Source: Octopus bimaculoides
Taxonomy: Eukaryota
NCBI RefSeq assembly: GCF_001194135.2
Contig: NC_068985.1
Location: 32,963,102-33,026,656 of the forward strand
DNA: 63,555 nucleotides
Reading direction: 5' to 3'
Of this stretch, positions 1 through 12,033 are shown in pieces (the stretch's first letter is position 1; each line of letters starts with the position of its first letter). A model generated the notes under the pieces. The model had not been told where the DNA came from, did no database searches, and saw nothing but the letters and a program-made list of their open reading frames with translations. Position numbers and translations under genes: made by a program.

Positions 1-304
1 CACACAGCTATCCTCATCCATTCTCGCCACATGACCATACCAGCGCAATCGTCTCTCTTGCACACCACAACTGATACTTCTTAGGGTCAACTTTTCTCTC
101 AAGGTACTTACACTCTGTCTAGTATGCACACTGACATTACACATCCATCGGAGCATACTGGCTTCATTCCTTGCAAGCCTACGCATTCTTCAGCAGTCAC
201 GGCCCATGTTTCACTGCCATGAAGCATGGCTGTTCGTACACATGCGTCATACAGTCTGCCTTTTACTCTGAGAGAGAGAGACCCTTTGTCACCAGCAGAG
301 GTAA
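1..304 (-). mobile_element. RTE-clade LINE fragment, C-terminal ORF region, 5'-truncated, runs off the window edge
   Basis: Minus strand reads LSLRVKGRLYDACVRTAMLHGSETWAVTAE and, after a frame change, SMLRWMCNVSVHTRQSV...RRLRWYGHVARMDEDSCV. Close match to 12690-12980. Confidence 0.88.
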
Positions 305-1383
305 GGTCCCGCCTAAAAATGACACTGATGGAGATTGAAAAAAGGTTGCAACAATCCTATGTGAGGGAGAGAGCAGGCAAAGAAGCCTGGGTTATAAAAA
401 ACATTAAGTCAAACCCAAAGGCCTTCTTACATTACGCAAAAGAAACAACCTCAGTACACTGCAAGATTGGACCCCTCTCCGAAAAGGATGGCTCCCTCAC
501 AGACAGTCCAACTAGGATCAGTGAGGTACTGAATGAGCAGTTCAAAAGTGTCTTCACCACCCCGTTGGAGCACAGACAAGTGAACGAACCAATGGACTTC
601 TTTGCTACCTCCCCTATAACCAGTGAGGCAGTTACAATGGAATACATCAACATTAGCGAAGAAGATGTACTACTAGCTATACANNNNNNNNNNATACATC
701 AACATTAGCGAAGAAGATGTACTACTAGCTATACATGAAGTGGACACAAACTCAACTGCTGGCTCTGATGGTTTCCCAGCAATCCTCCTTAAATCGTGTA
801 AGCATGCCCTGGGAAAACCCCTCAAGATCCTCTTCCTGAGCTTTCTCGCAAACGGCAGACTGCCAAGCAAGCTTAAGGAGGGAATAATATGCCCAATCCA
901 TAAAGGGGGAAGCAGAGCAGATGCCAAAAACTATAGGCCTATCTCTCTGACTTCACACATCAGCAAAGTCATGGAAAGGATAATCAGAGGAAAACTGATT
1001 GCATTCCTTGAAGAAAATAAATTGCTGAGTGATACCCAACATGGCTTTCGACCAGGTAGGAGCTGCCTGACCNNNNNNNNNNNNNNNNNNNNNNNNNNNN
1101 NNNNNNNNNNNNNNNNNNNNNNNNNNNNNNNNNNNNNNNNNNNNNNNNNNNNNNNNNNNNNNNNNNNNNNNNNNNNNNNNNNNNNNNNNNNNNNNNNNNN
1201 NNNNNNNNNNNNNNNNNNNNNNNNNNNNNNNNNNNNNNNNTGTTGAGGCAGTTACTCAACAACTCAAATGTGGACGTAATATACCTTGATTTTGCAAAAG
1301 CTTTTGACAAAGTGGATCATGGTATGATATGCCACAAACTGCGTGATCTTGGCATAACTGGAAAACTTGGAGAGTGGTTACAT
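305..1383 (+). mobile_element. CR1-group (CR1/L2-like) LINE ORF2, linker plus reverse transcriptase N-terminal half
   Basis: NIKSNPKAFLHYAK, DGFPAILLKSC, KEGIICPIHKGGSRADAKNYRPISLTSHISKVMERII, QHGFRPGRSCLT, DVIYLDFAKAFDKVDHG. Broken by N gaps at 684-693 and 1053-1240. Confidence 0.93.
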
Positions 1384-1492
1384 GATAGAATAAGTACTTG
1401 GCTTCCAAAGAATAAGTCCTGGGGTCAATTTGCTCAACTAAAAGGTGGTGCTCCAGCATGGCCGCAGTCAAATGACTGAAACAAGTAAAAGA

Positions 1493-1495
<3 letters not shown>
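1384..1495 (+). mobile_element. SINE family A, 3' half
   Basis: gatagaataagtact...ggtgctccagcatggccgcagtcaaatgactgaaacaagtaaaagag, shared with many copies in the window; followed by (TA)n. Confidence 0.85.
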
Positions 1496-1522
<27 letters not shown>

Positions 1523-1525
<3 letters not shown>

Positions 1526-2003
1526 ATACGACTTTATTCCCTGGAACGAAGGCGGGAGAGGTATGCAGTGATATATATATATATGGAAGACACTGGAAGG
1601 ACTGGTACCAAACTTTAGAATAAAGAGCTATACCAGACCACAAACTGGACGTCACTGTGCTCTCCAAACTGTGCCGACTGCTTCATCTCGGGCAAGGACG
1701 ATATACTGCAATAGCTTGGGTTTCAGGGGCCCACAGCTGTTTAACTGTCTGCCGAAGATTCTTTGGAGCCTCCATGGAATGGATATAGACATTTTCAAAT
1801 GTGAACTTGACCTCTGCCTCACTGAGATCCCGGATGTGCCAATATCTAGGTAGGAAACTCAAAAGAGGGCAGTAACATTGAACTCAATCCTTCACCAAAA
1901 GCAGTTCTGACAAAGGTGGAGAGTGGAAAGATGATCACAATGGCGGTGCTCCAGCATGGCCACAGTCATTGAACTGAAACATATAAAAGAATAATAAAAG
2001 AAT
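1523..2003 (+). mobile_element. CR1-group LINE 3' end (ORF2 C-terminus and 3' tail)
   Basis: LYSLERRRERYAVIY, then after a TA-expansion frameshift WKTLEGLVPNF...GFRGPQLFNCLP...IFKCELD. Tail ggcggtgctccagcatggccacagtc...ctgaaac...aaaagaataataaaagaat. Confidence 0.85.
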
Positions 2004-2009
2004 GTAATA

Positions 2010-2405
2010 TCATCATCATCATTTAACGTCTGCTTTCCATGCTAGCATGGGTTGGACAATTTGACTGGGGACTGGCCAACCAGATGGCTACACTAGACTC
2101 CAATCTGATCTGGCAGAGTTTCTACAGTTGGATGCCCTTCCTACNNNNNNNNNNACCAGATGGCTACACTAGACTCCAATCTGATCTGGCAGAGTTTCTA
2201 CAGTTGGATGCCCTTCCTACCGCCAACCACTCCGAGAGTGTAGTGGGTGCTTTTTATGTGCCACTGGCACGAGGGCCAGTCTGGTGGTACTGGTAACAGC
2301 CATGCTCAAATGATGTTTTTTACGTGCCACCTGCACAGGAGTCAGTCCAATGTTTTGTTCATATACCACCAGCACAAGTGCCGGTAAGACGAAGTTGGAA
2401 ATGAT
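2010..2405 (-). mobile_element. RTE-derived 3' end (family C), (GAT)n tail
   Basis: catcatcatcatttaacgtctgctttccatgctagcatgggttgg...ggatgcccttccta, the same as 12034-12200, 26778-26878 (opposite strand) and 54198-54290. Confidence 0.85.
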
Positions 2406-2409
2406 CGAT

Positions 2410-3615
2410 ATTTCTACCAGGTCTACCTACCATGTAGAGGTCTGACTAATTTTTCATTCACAGATTTGCATTTCAAACATTTAACATAATCTTTTCCATA
2501 AATCAACTATCATAAAAATTTTCTACCATGACCTCACATGCAATTACCCTTTCTTCTGTCATTAACACCAGTTGCTCACACACCTTAGAGTTTCTCATTT
2601 AAACTACATAATACGCAGAATTGTAGCATTAATATAGTAGGGGTGTCTTAAGGGAGATTTGCCTGCTGTTTCTACCAGGTCTACCTACCATGTAGAGGTC
2701 TGAACTTCTTTTCCAGTTCAGATTTGCATTTCAAACATTTAGCATAATCTTTTCCATGCATCAGCTATCATAAAAATTTTCTACCATGACCTCACATTTT
2801 CTATGTATGTGTGTGTACCTTAAAATACGTGATTACAAAGGTCCAATAAAATACTTCTCAGAAACAGACTACCTAGAAATTCTTTCTTCAAAACTCCTGA
2901 AGCTGTTTCCTGTGAAGATATTTTGGAAACACTTCCGCCCTCCCCCCACTACTTATTCTCCCACATTTCTTTATTTCTAAAATTTCTTTTGCCAAAGATC
3001 CCCGTTTTCGGATACGAATGACTTATTCCATAATTCTCCACTTAACTTTTATCTTCACTTTCTTTAAATTGGATACATTTGCTATTAAGTTGCAGAACTT
3101 TGGCAGTACAGTTACAATTCATTTCTGCTTTACTTCTTACATACAATTTCCCCATAAATTCTTCCCATTTGGCTGCTATTTCTACAAGGTCTACCTACCA
3201 TGTAGAGGTCTGAAGTTAATTTTCATTCACAGATTTGCATTTCAAACATTTAACATCATCTTTTCCATAAATAAGCTATCATAAACATTTTCTACCATGA
3301 CATCACATTTTCTATGTATGTGTGTGTCTCTTAAAAGACGTGATTAGACAGAGGTCCAATAGAATAGTTCTCAGATACACACACACACACACACACACAC
3401 ACATGTCGATTTCATATATTTTTCAATTTCTGCTCTCTGCAAATAAAATTTTTACAGATAAAACTGCTTACAAAAATTGCGGTTAATGTGTAATTTCTTT
3501 CTATGTTCATAATTAAATAAATCTTTTAATGATTAGACAGATGTCCAATAGAATAGCTTTCACAAACAGACTATGTACAAATTCTTTCTTCACAACTCCT
3601 GAAGACATTTTCTGA
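2410..3615. repeat. Local mosaic duplication of two blocks (A x3, B x3)
   Basis: Block A (ggtctacctaccatgtagaggtctga...ttttctaccatga, about 130 bp) at about 2412, 2670 and 3180. Block B (ggtccaata(g/a)aata core, with a tctttcttca.aactcctgaag end in two copies) at about 2797, 3306 and 3533. Confidence 0.85.
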
Positions 3616-3619
3616 CAGG

Positions 3620-3760
3620 AGGAGGTGAAATCTTCATATAGCTGGAGGCTCCAATCGAAACGGGACACGAAATTATCAGGTTGAGAAACACTGTTATATA
3701 TTATGCCTAACCAAAAACAATCACAGCCACATCATCCAAACAGACCGGGTGAAACACACG

Positions 3761-3808
<48 letters not shown>

Positions 3809-5820
3809 CGTAATAGTATTTAAGTTTATAATATGTATAAACATTAAATTATTTCTGGATAATTTTCTTTTCCTCCCTATATTGTGGTGAAAGTTTGATA
3901 TATACTCAAAAATATTCATAAAACATTTTCTCCTTTTGTTATAATCATTCTTCTTCATAATTCTCTGAATAACCCTAGACTTTAACTTTATACAATGTAG
4001 CAGTATTGCTTAAAATATTTAACTATAGTACTACATGATAAGATTTCCCCTGTTTGCATTTATCTCCAAAAGAAAATCCAGAAAACTTGTATTAGCTAAT
4101 ATCTAGACAGCAGATATCTTAAATGAAATTCTGAAAATATTGGTGTACTTTATGCTTTAATCTTTTCATTTATGCATTGCTAATCTGTAGAAACCTCATA
4201 CGAAGAAATAGTTTTATGACTTATACTGATGTCATGTTAAAGTGTTTGTCTGACTCGGGCGGAAAGGGAGAGGGAGCGCTTTGCTTCCATCTTTGTCATC
4301 AATTGAATGATATAACAAAATAAACAAACAGAATGGTGGGATATGACATGCTGCCTAATTTAGCCATAGTAAAAGCGGGGGNNNNNNNNNNNNNNNNNNN
4401 NNNGGGGGAATAAAACATCTGACAAAGAGAAAGAGGAGAACATCGCTATGACCCAGTATTAAAAACTTAATACCCACTTCTAGATGCCTTAATAGTATCC
4501 AGTATTAGATTTCTTTGAAAATAATTTTAGAAAATAAGAAAATTAAATGTCTGTGTTAGTTGCTATTTTTTTTTAGTAGATCTTCCTTAGATTTAAAAAA
4601 GATTGGTTATGTGAAGAAACCTACCTTCTCTTAGACCAGATTATCATTTTGTGTAATTGATCCTAAAAGAACCCATATGTCCCATAACCCACTCGTATGG
4701 GACAACCATCCCTTTAAAAATAAAACTACCCACTTACTGAAATTTGAGTGGTTTTTGATTCTGATCTACCTTATTTTAATTTATCTCCAGGATAATTTTT
4801 TTAATGTTAATTGCCTGCCAGTTTTCCATGGAGAATTCAGTATTTGTACAATCCTTAAACTAACCTATATCATCAGTTTTCAGATAATTCTTTGTTAAAA
4901 GTGCTAGAGAATCTAATTTTCAACTAAAAAAGTTTACTTTGAATAATCTTGGTATAGAATAGCAATGGATTTATGTAGGTAAAATCTATAGTGATGATTT
5001 TAATCTAAATGATGAGTTTAACATTCTTCAGCCAACTTTTAGAGCAGGTGCACATTTCAATTATTGTTTGTACATTGAGGAGTGAACTGTGGAGACTGCT
5101 TTTCCTTCTCACATCTCTGTCTCGTACCAGCTTGACTTCAATTTTGTTTCTTCTCTTCTGAACTGTATTCTAAAAATAAAACAAACAAATTGTAGTTGCA
5201 ATAGAATAAATAATTAAATAAAATTTTTTTTTTCTTTCCAAACAAGAACTCTGTACTAAACGGTAAATTTGTGTCCGAGTTTTTGTTCATTGGTTGTCTA
5301 GGTTTTTTAACACCTGTTTTCTCTTTAAGGTCTAGTCTTTTTCTACATTACCATAATAAAATACGGCTCGTATATTTGGAGAGAAAAAAAAGTTGTTTTT
5401 CAAAATCGTTTTCTTTCTCCTTTGAATTGTGATTTTAGAGTTTTTTTGTTTTTTTTTTATTGAAATTAGTTTCTTGCATAAAAATAACAAATGACTAATT
5501 AAGTCATTGTCATTTTTTTTTTTCCATTTTACTTCTTAAAATTATTTTCTATGAGCTTCTTCATGGAAAGTCAGTTAGAATTATAGATATTTTTTCCCCA
5601 TTACAACGTACTTCTTTTTGTTAACAGCCATATGGTTTGATTTTTGTGTTGGCTAAACCGATAGATAAGATATCAGTTTCTTGATAAAAGACTATCAGTT
5701 TGTACCGTATTTCACCTAGGTCTTTATTTCTCACACCTTTTTTTTTTTGTCTCATGCCTCACTTTGATTTTCCCACACAAAAGAAAAGAAAACTGCGCTT
5801 CACCATGGATGAAGAAAGTA
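3620..5820 (+). promoter_or_regulatory. Possible CpG-retaining promoter / 5' region of an unidentified gene
   Basis: Unique DNA keeps many CpGs here, unlike most of the window. gggcggaaa at about 4257, candidate donor ACG|GTAAAT at 5262/5263, and caccATGG at 5805 followed by a weak donor at 5818. Confidence 0.25.
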
Positions 5821-6010
5821 TATATAGCTAAAAGAAATTTTCAAAATTTTATTGCAAGTTTTATTCACTTTTTACTTATTCTGAAGCAACTCTCTCTCTC
5901 TCTCATCAAAGTTTGGTTCAGTATACTTTGAGAAACACTGATCTAGCTTCATTGTTGGTTGGTTCTCACACCATAAGCTACAATAACTAATAAATGTCTT
6001 TACAAAACAC

Positions 6011-6228
6011 AAGAGCTTACAGGGTCAACAAAGGAACCTCTTTGCAGTTGCTTGACCTGCTAGAAATCATAGCCAAAATTCCCTCAATCATCAATTTTCC
6101 TGAATCGTCTTAAAAAAGAGGAAGTAATCCGAGATACACTATGTTTGAATGAAAGATGGGATGGTCACAGCTGGAGTGCCTTTCCTGGTAGGTTTGTATC
6201 AGCAGGGTTAACCCATATCTAAATAACA
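6011..6228 (+). mobile_element. SINE-like repeat family D
   Basis: cttgacctgctagaaat...agccaaa...ccctcaa...gatgggatggtcacagctgg. The motif recurs at about 26960-27080 (-), 29060-29200, 30800-31000 (-), 43600-43735, 44455-44645 (-) and 62900-62975 (-). Confidence 0.7.
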
Positions 6229-7761
6229 GTGATTTATACATTTACTACTTAGCTTTTAGATTTAACTATCTTAAAAGGAATAAAAGAATTTAACTTCACC
6301 ACTTTTTCATTCTGAATGCTCATCTATTGAAAGCAAAAATAATTCTGATATCCATTGCTTACAAGCTGGATGAACCAAAATGTTTAGAATTTAATGCTAT
6401 ACTCAGAGATAATAAAACAAATGCTAGTGGTGTAATTAACTCAATCCTAAACAGATGGTCTATGTGGCCATTTTCCCTTCTACATAACCTCTGTGCTTTG
6501 TTACATTTTATTCAACTTGTCTTAGCATCCAATTAAGGTAAGTAGTAGTTTTTAATATCCAATTAAAATCTACTACTACTAATGCTATGTTTTTGACTTC
6601 CCTCTCTAAGACATGTTTGCTTTCTTTTAATGTCAGTTAGTCTTAATTATTCTTCTGAGTTAAATCGTATGCTAATTCTCTGCTTTATCAACTCTCAAGA
6701 CTTGAAGTAGGGTATGTTATTCTTTCATCAATCTCTTCATTTACTGGTTTCCCTCATTGGACTTTATGTTCATGCTCCACCTTTTAAGGTTATTTAGTTA
6801 GTTGTAGCAAACCTAGTAGTCACCCTGTTGTTGAATGATTGAGCTCACCTACATATTCAATTACATATCTTTATGGACAAAATACTAGAAGGTATTTTTG
6901 CCAATATACACTACTCACTTGTACATCTTTTTGTATATCTTTCTCTCTCACCACACTGCCTTTTTCTTTGGGAAAGTATTATATCCCTTTTGAAATTGCC
7001 TTTGCTTTTATAACTGTCTTTTCCTTATTTCTCTTGTATGCTGTCTTCACTGTATCTCCCCACCTCTCTCTTCGTCCTAGCCATCAATTATTATACCCCA
7101 CATAAAATCTTACTTAGAAGATATGTAACTTCAACAATCATTCTGAAATAAAAACCTATCCAGAAAAAAGCGGGTTGCATACTATTACTTTTTAGGACTA
7201 AGACACTGCCAACTTAAGATTTATTATTGTTCCCTGGGTACTTATTTGAAACGATTGGATAAGGCATCCATTTTGAGAAATAAGAGTCTTCAAACATTTT
7301 GAATAAAGCAGTCAGCTTCCTATCTGCTTCCTATTTACACTTCTTTGGGAAATGTCATGGATTGCTACCGGGTAGAAGCATTTGAGGTCATGCATAAAAT
7401 ATTTTGGTAGATCCTCTACCTCTAAAAGACACAAATTTCAAGAGGCCCACCAAAGGCTCCTAACTTACAGCTGCGACATTACAGCTGTAACTTACGGCAC
7501 AGTAGTTACAAATCATTGGTTTTCTTACTTCTCATTTTCCACCTAACATTCATTGTATTTTGCATCTATGTATTAAAAAAAGAAGAAAATATTTGCTAAA
7601 CATTTCTTTCTCCTCTATGCTCATATAACTTTGGTCAAATATTTACCTTATCCACCACTTCCTATTAACAAGCTGATCACATATAAACGTAAATTTATTC
7701 AATATTTCAGTTTTAGCTTCAGTCATGAAATATAGCTTTCAAATAAATGTTGTCATGACTT

Positions 7762-8102
7762 CATGGTTAAACAGCTCACTTTGCAAAGATGTGGTTTTGG
7801 GCAAGTGTCTTCTACTATAGCTCTGTGCCGACCAATGCCTTGTGAGTGAATTTAGTAGACAGAAACTGTGTGGAAGCACATATGCTTATGTTTGTCTAAG
7901 TAAGCCCATCACTGCTTGACAGCTGGTGTTGGTCTGTTTACATCCTTGTAACTTAGAGGTTCAGCAAAAAAAAACTGATGGAATAAGTACTGGACTTGTT
8001 AAAAATTAAATTTAAGTAATGGGGTAATTTATTCAACTAAATAAATCCTTCAAGATGATGCCACAGTATGGCCACAGTCCAATGACTAAAACAAGTATAA
8101 AA
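7762..8102 (+). mobile_element. SINE family A, diverged copy
   Basis: gggcaagtgtcttctactatagc core, ccttgtgagtgaatttagtagacagaaactg, and tail tatggccacagtccaatgactaaaacaagt. Confidence 0.8.
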
Positions 8103-8418
8103 TAGGAAATATGTTAGATGTGAACAGTATGAAGGCCATCATGACATTCATGGAAATGTTCAGTGTAGTAAAGAGATGCGAGGGATGTAACATTCAGATC
8201 AACTAGGCAACTGGTGTGAGTCTTAAAGCTCTTCATGGTAGTAAATTTATAATTTTAAATTGTCTGATTGTGATAGTTTCTTTAATATTGAAATTTCTGA
8301 TATTTCTACTAAAGACCTTGATAGACTCTGTCAGCATGATAACATAATTACACTGACAGATTCATTGACAGTGAAATCTAAATTAATATACATATTTGTA
8401 AAAAAAATTGCTGATGAC

Positions 8419-8457
<39 letters not shown>

Positions 8458-8523
8458 GCACACTATGTATGTGTGTGTTTGGTATGTGTGTGTGTGTGTA
8501 CCTGCCTGTGCATACACACACAT

Positions 8524-8570
<47 letters not shown>

Positions 8571-11500
8571 TATTGCCCTTTGATTATAAGGTCCTTGAAT
8601 CATTTCCAAGTGTCTAGCCTTGTAAAGAAATAGATGAATATCAAGAATTAACTCTGGAAAACTTGCTATCTAGCCAATTGTACCATTTATGAAAATACAA
8701 TTCTGGACAAAGTTGTCTATATTTTTTGTTGGCAATGAATTTTTACCTTTTTAGAAGTAGACAATAAATAAAAGAATAAATAGAAATTCTGAAAAGGAGA
8801 TGAAAAATACACTAAAACTGTCGAGAAACAACAAAAATCCACTGTTTGGGAACATTAGTTGCAAGATTTGTGTCATAAATTTTTAATTTGTTCTCAGAGA
8901 TGAAGTTAGAACTTTGCCAAACATTCAATTAGGAATAATCTTAGGAAGATATAATTTTGTTTATGATGAAAGTTGCTAGATGATTATTATATAATTACAT
9001 ATTTAGGTATTGTATATCAGTATATATGCTTAAGTTAATTGTTATTGCTATTTACTTAAGGGAAGCTAATGCTTTCAATTCAATTATTATATCAAAATCT
9101 TACTTTGAATCTTTAATTCAATTAAGATATCAGAACCATTATAAAATGGCAATGCAATTAGAATCCATCTAACTCTTGAAAACTTTTAGATCTAAGCTAT
9201 CTCTTGCGAGAACCTTCAAACCTTAGCTCATTATTGTACTGTCTCCTATGTATATCTTTTAATGTCACAACAAGCTTTATTTTTCCAAAATATATTTGTC
9301 TCATTCCTCTCCTTATATGGTGTATTATCTGTATTTGCAACCCTATTTCTTGCAGTTTCTCCAGATTTATTCCCCTAAACCTGACAAATTTTTAATCTCA
9401 TTAAACATTACCTAACTTTCCTTTCTATTATTTCAAACACGCTGTCACAGGTTATGCATCACACATTTCTCTCTTCAAATTATCAAAGAATATACTTCAT
9501 TCATTCATAATGGCTTTAATTATTTCATTTTTTTAAAGGAGTTTTTATTGTTTGAATGAATCTCATTCTTGTCTTAGTGTTCATACTGGAATTGGTTGGA
9601 TAAATTTGCAGTGAAAAGCTTTTCTTTCCACACATGGTTATATAAACTAATAATAATGTCTCACATTTTATTTTGAGTCATTAATACTTTAAGTCAATGA
9701 ATTCATTCTCATTGTTTACAATTTTACCTCTATGAGGGAAAACAAAACATTATGCAAATTTGACAGTATCTTCAATAATTCAACTTGTCTCATTGTCCTC
9801 TGGATAGTTTTATTATCAGGGCATAACATATCATTCATCCACTTTCAACATTACTATTCTAAACAATCAATCTTGGAATTTCCTGCTATGTGGATCTATA
9901 ATGTTGGTGAAAGTAAAAAATTTGTATTTGGGTAGGATGGTAGTGAATTATACCTGAAAGAACCTCAGGTATACACCAATAAATATGAAAGTGTCTTAGC
10001 CATAGAAATAAGGTAGCATTAGTGACAGGGTATCAACTGTTGACTTTTTTGGTAGGTTGTCCTCTATTCTGTTAACTTTGCCATTCGTGACATTGCTGTT
10101 TTCTAAAGGTATAAAAAATACATTTTAAGAAATAATTTTTCTTTTATTACTGCTTATATAATACAAAATAATGGCTTTTCTTCTGAAAATTGTATTATTG
10201 CTAAAAAAAAAAAATCCAAATATTTCATTACGCACTCCTCTTAATTTTGTGAACTTAGTTTGGAGTGATTCTTTATTTGCCTTCAGTATATTTTATCATG
10301 TGCTTGTATATATTTGTTAATTTCATTGTCAATTATTCAAGTCATTAATGTGAGGTTTCTTTTATAAACAGTAATCTTGTTTCTATAATTTTCATTTTGA
10401 ATCAAATTGCTGTTTATATTGTTTGTGAAGACTTGGTAATTTTTTTCTAAATACAATGTAATATTGCTAATTTTAACCTTTACACATTTTGCATTTGTTT
10501 TTTTTTTTTCTTCTTTTTTTCCTATGTTAATAAATGGATGAAGGTTTCTCTAAATTCATATTCATAATTTCTACTAGCAATACATTTGTCTTGTATGATT
10601 TTTTGTCATTTTCCGATTTCACTATAAACATTGTACAACTCCTGATATAGTTTACATTTGCCTTTATAGAGATGTGTAGGCCTGTTTCTACCTAAATACT
10701 TTAATGAGCTATTGTAAGAGTAAAGGATAGTATCTCCAAGATATTCTCTAAACAATTTTATTTTTCCTTGATAACCACTGAACAATCTTGTCCTCAATAT
10801 TATTTCTTGTTAATTTTTTTTTAATGCTCTATGTATTTAATAAATTAACACTAATTTAACTATTATAAGCTTTCATTTTCATTAGCAAGTTAATTAGCTT
10901 TCATTATTATAAATTTGCATAACACAGGAATACATTTTTAAACTAAAATTTCAACTAACTTCAAAATTAAACTTTAAAATTTTAATTAAATATATTAAAA
11001 TTTAAATGTTTTTATTTATATCATAATCATTTAAATGTTAATTAACTGAGTATGTAGATTTTGAGCATTCCCACTTTCTTTTAATCAATAAAATAATTGT
11101 ATTTAGACTAGATCTCTTTGTATTTGGGTCTGATAACAAGTCAGTAAAGTTATGTTTAGCATTCTGAATAGAGTTTCATCTTAGCTGCTCCATTGCAATC
11201 CTTTCAGACTGAAAAATACCAATAGCTTTCTTTGTTTCTCCTAAGTTGACCAATCCTGCTTTGTCTTCACTGCACGCCTCTCCTTTGTTTTGGCATGCAA
11301 CTCAGAGCTTTCATTTTTTTTTTAACATTGTTTAAGTGATTAACATTGAAAGAGTGATCACATTCATTCAACATTGAAAGACTGATCACTTCAGTATATA
11401 ATATCTATCAATTCCTGATAATATTTTGCTTTGTTACATTGCTGTAATTTTGCCCCACAGATAGAAATTAATCAGTAGAATTTAAGCGCATGCATTCCAA

Positions 11501-12033
11501 TTGATAGCTCTAATTGAATTTATCCTTTGCAAGATTGACAGTATAGTGAAGGGTCAAGTATAATATAAAATTAGATGTTTAACTTAGAATTCTGTTTCAA
11601 GTCCAGTTGGCAGCAATTAGATTCTACATACTTGAAAAATTATAGTGATGTAGAACCAAAGATCCCTGGAATTTACCTGTGTACTTAAAAGGTGTAAAAC
11701 CTTAAATGAGAGGTTTCTGTTTACATATATCTATGTCCCACGTTTAATTAGAATAATATATATATCTTGAGAAAAAAAAGAGCAGTCAGAATTTTGGATA
11801 ATTATATAATTCTTTATTATTAACGCTTTTGTTTGTTTGAATGAACTTTTCAAGATAAGAATTAAAATCAAAATGATAACAATAAAAACAGAAATACCCT
11901 TTAGAATTTATAAATGATGGAATTAAAAAAGCGATGAAACTAAACATCATGCAACTAAGAACACCAAAGGAAAAAAATAATGAACACACAATTCTATTTC
12001 TCAATACATACAATCCTGGGGTAACCAACATTT

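Noticed and set aside
2410-3320. Repeated block as a CRISPR-like array
   Set aside because: The units are long (about 130 bp), irregularly spaced and in eukaryotic repeat context, with no cas genes.
3596-3685. ctgaaga ... ggaggctccaatcgaaacgg, resembling the 36.4-kb hammerhead near GAAAC
   Set aside because: No NUH cleavage triplet with a stem I partner could be placed, and stem II does not close.
9940-9962. Hairpin atacctga-aagaacc-tcaggtat
   Set aside because: An isolated 8-bp stem, expected by chance in 63 kb.
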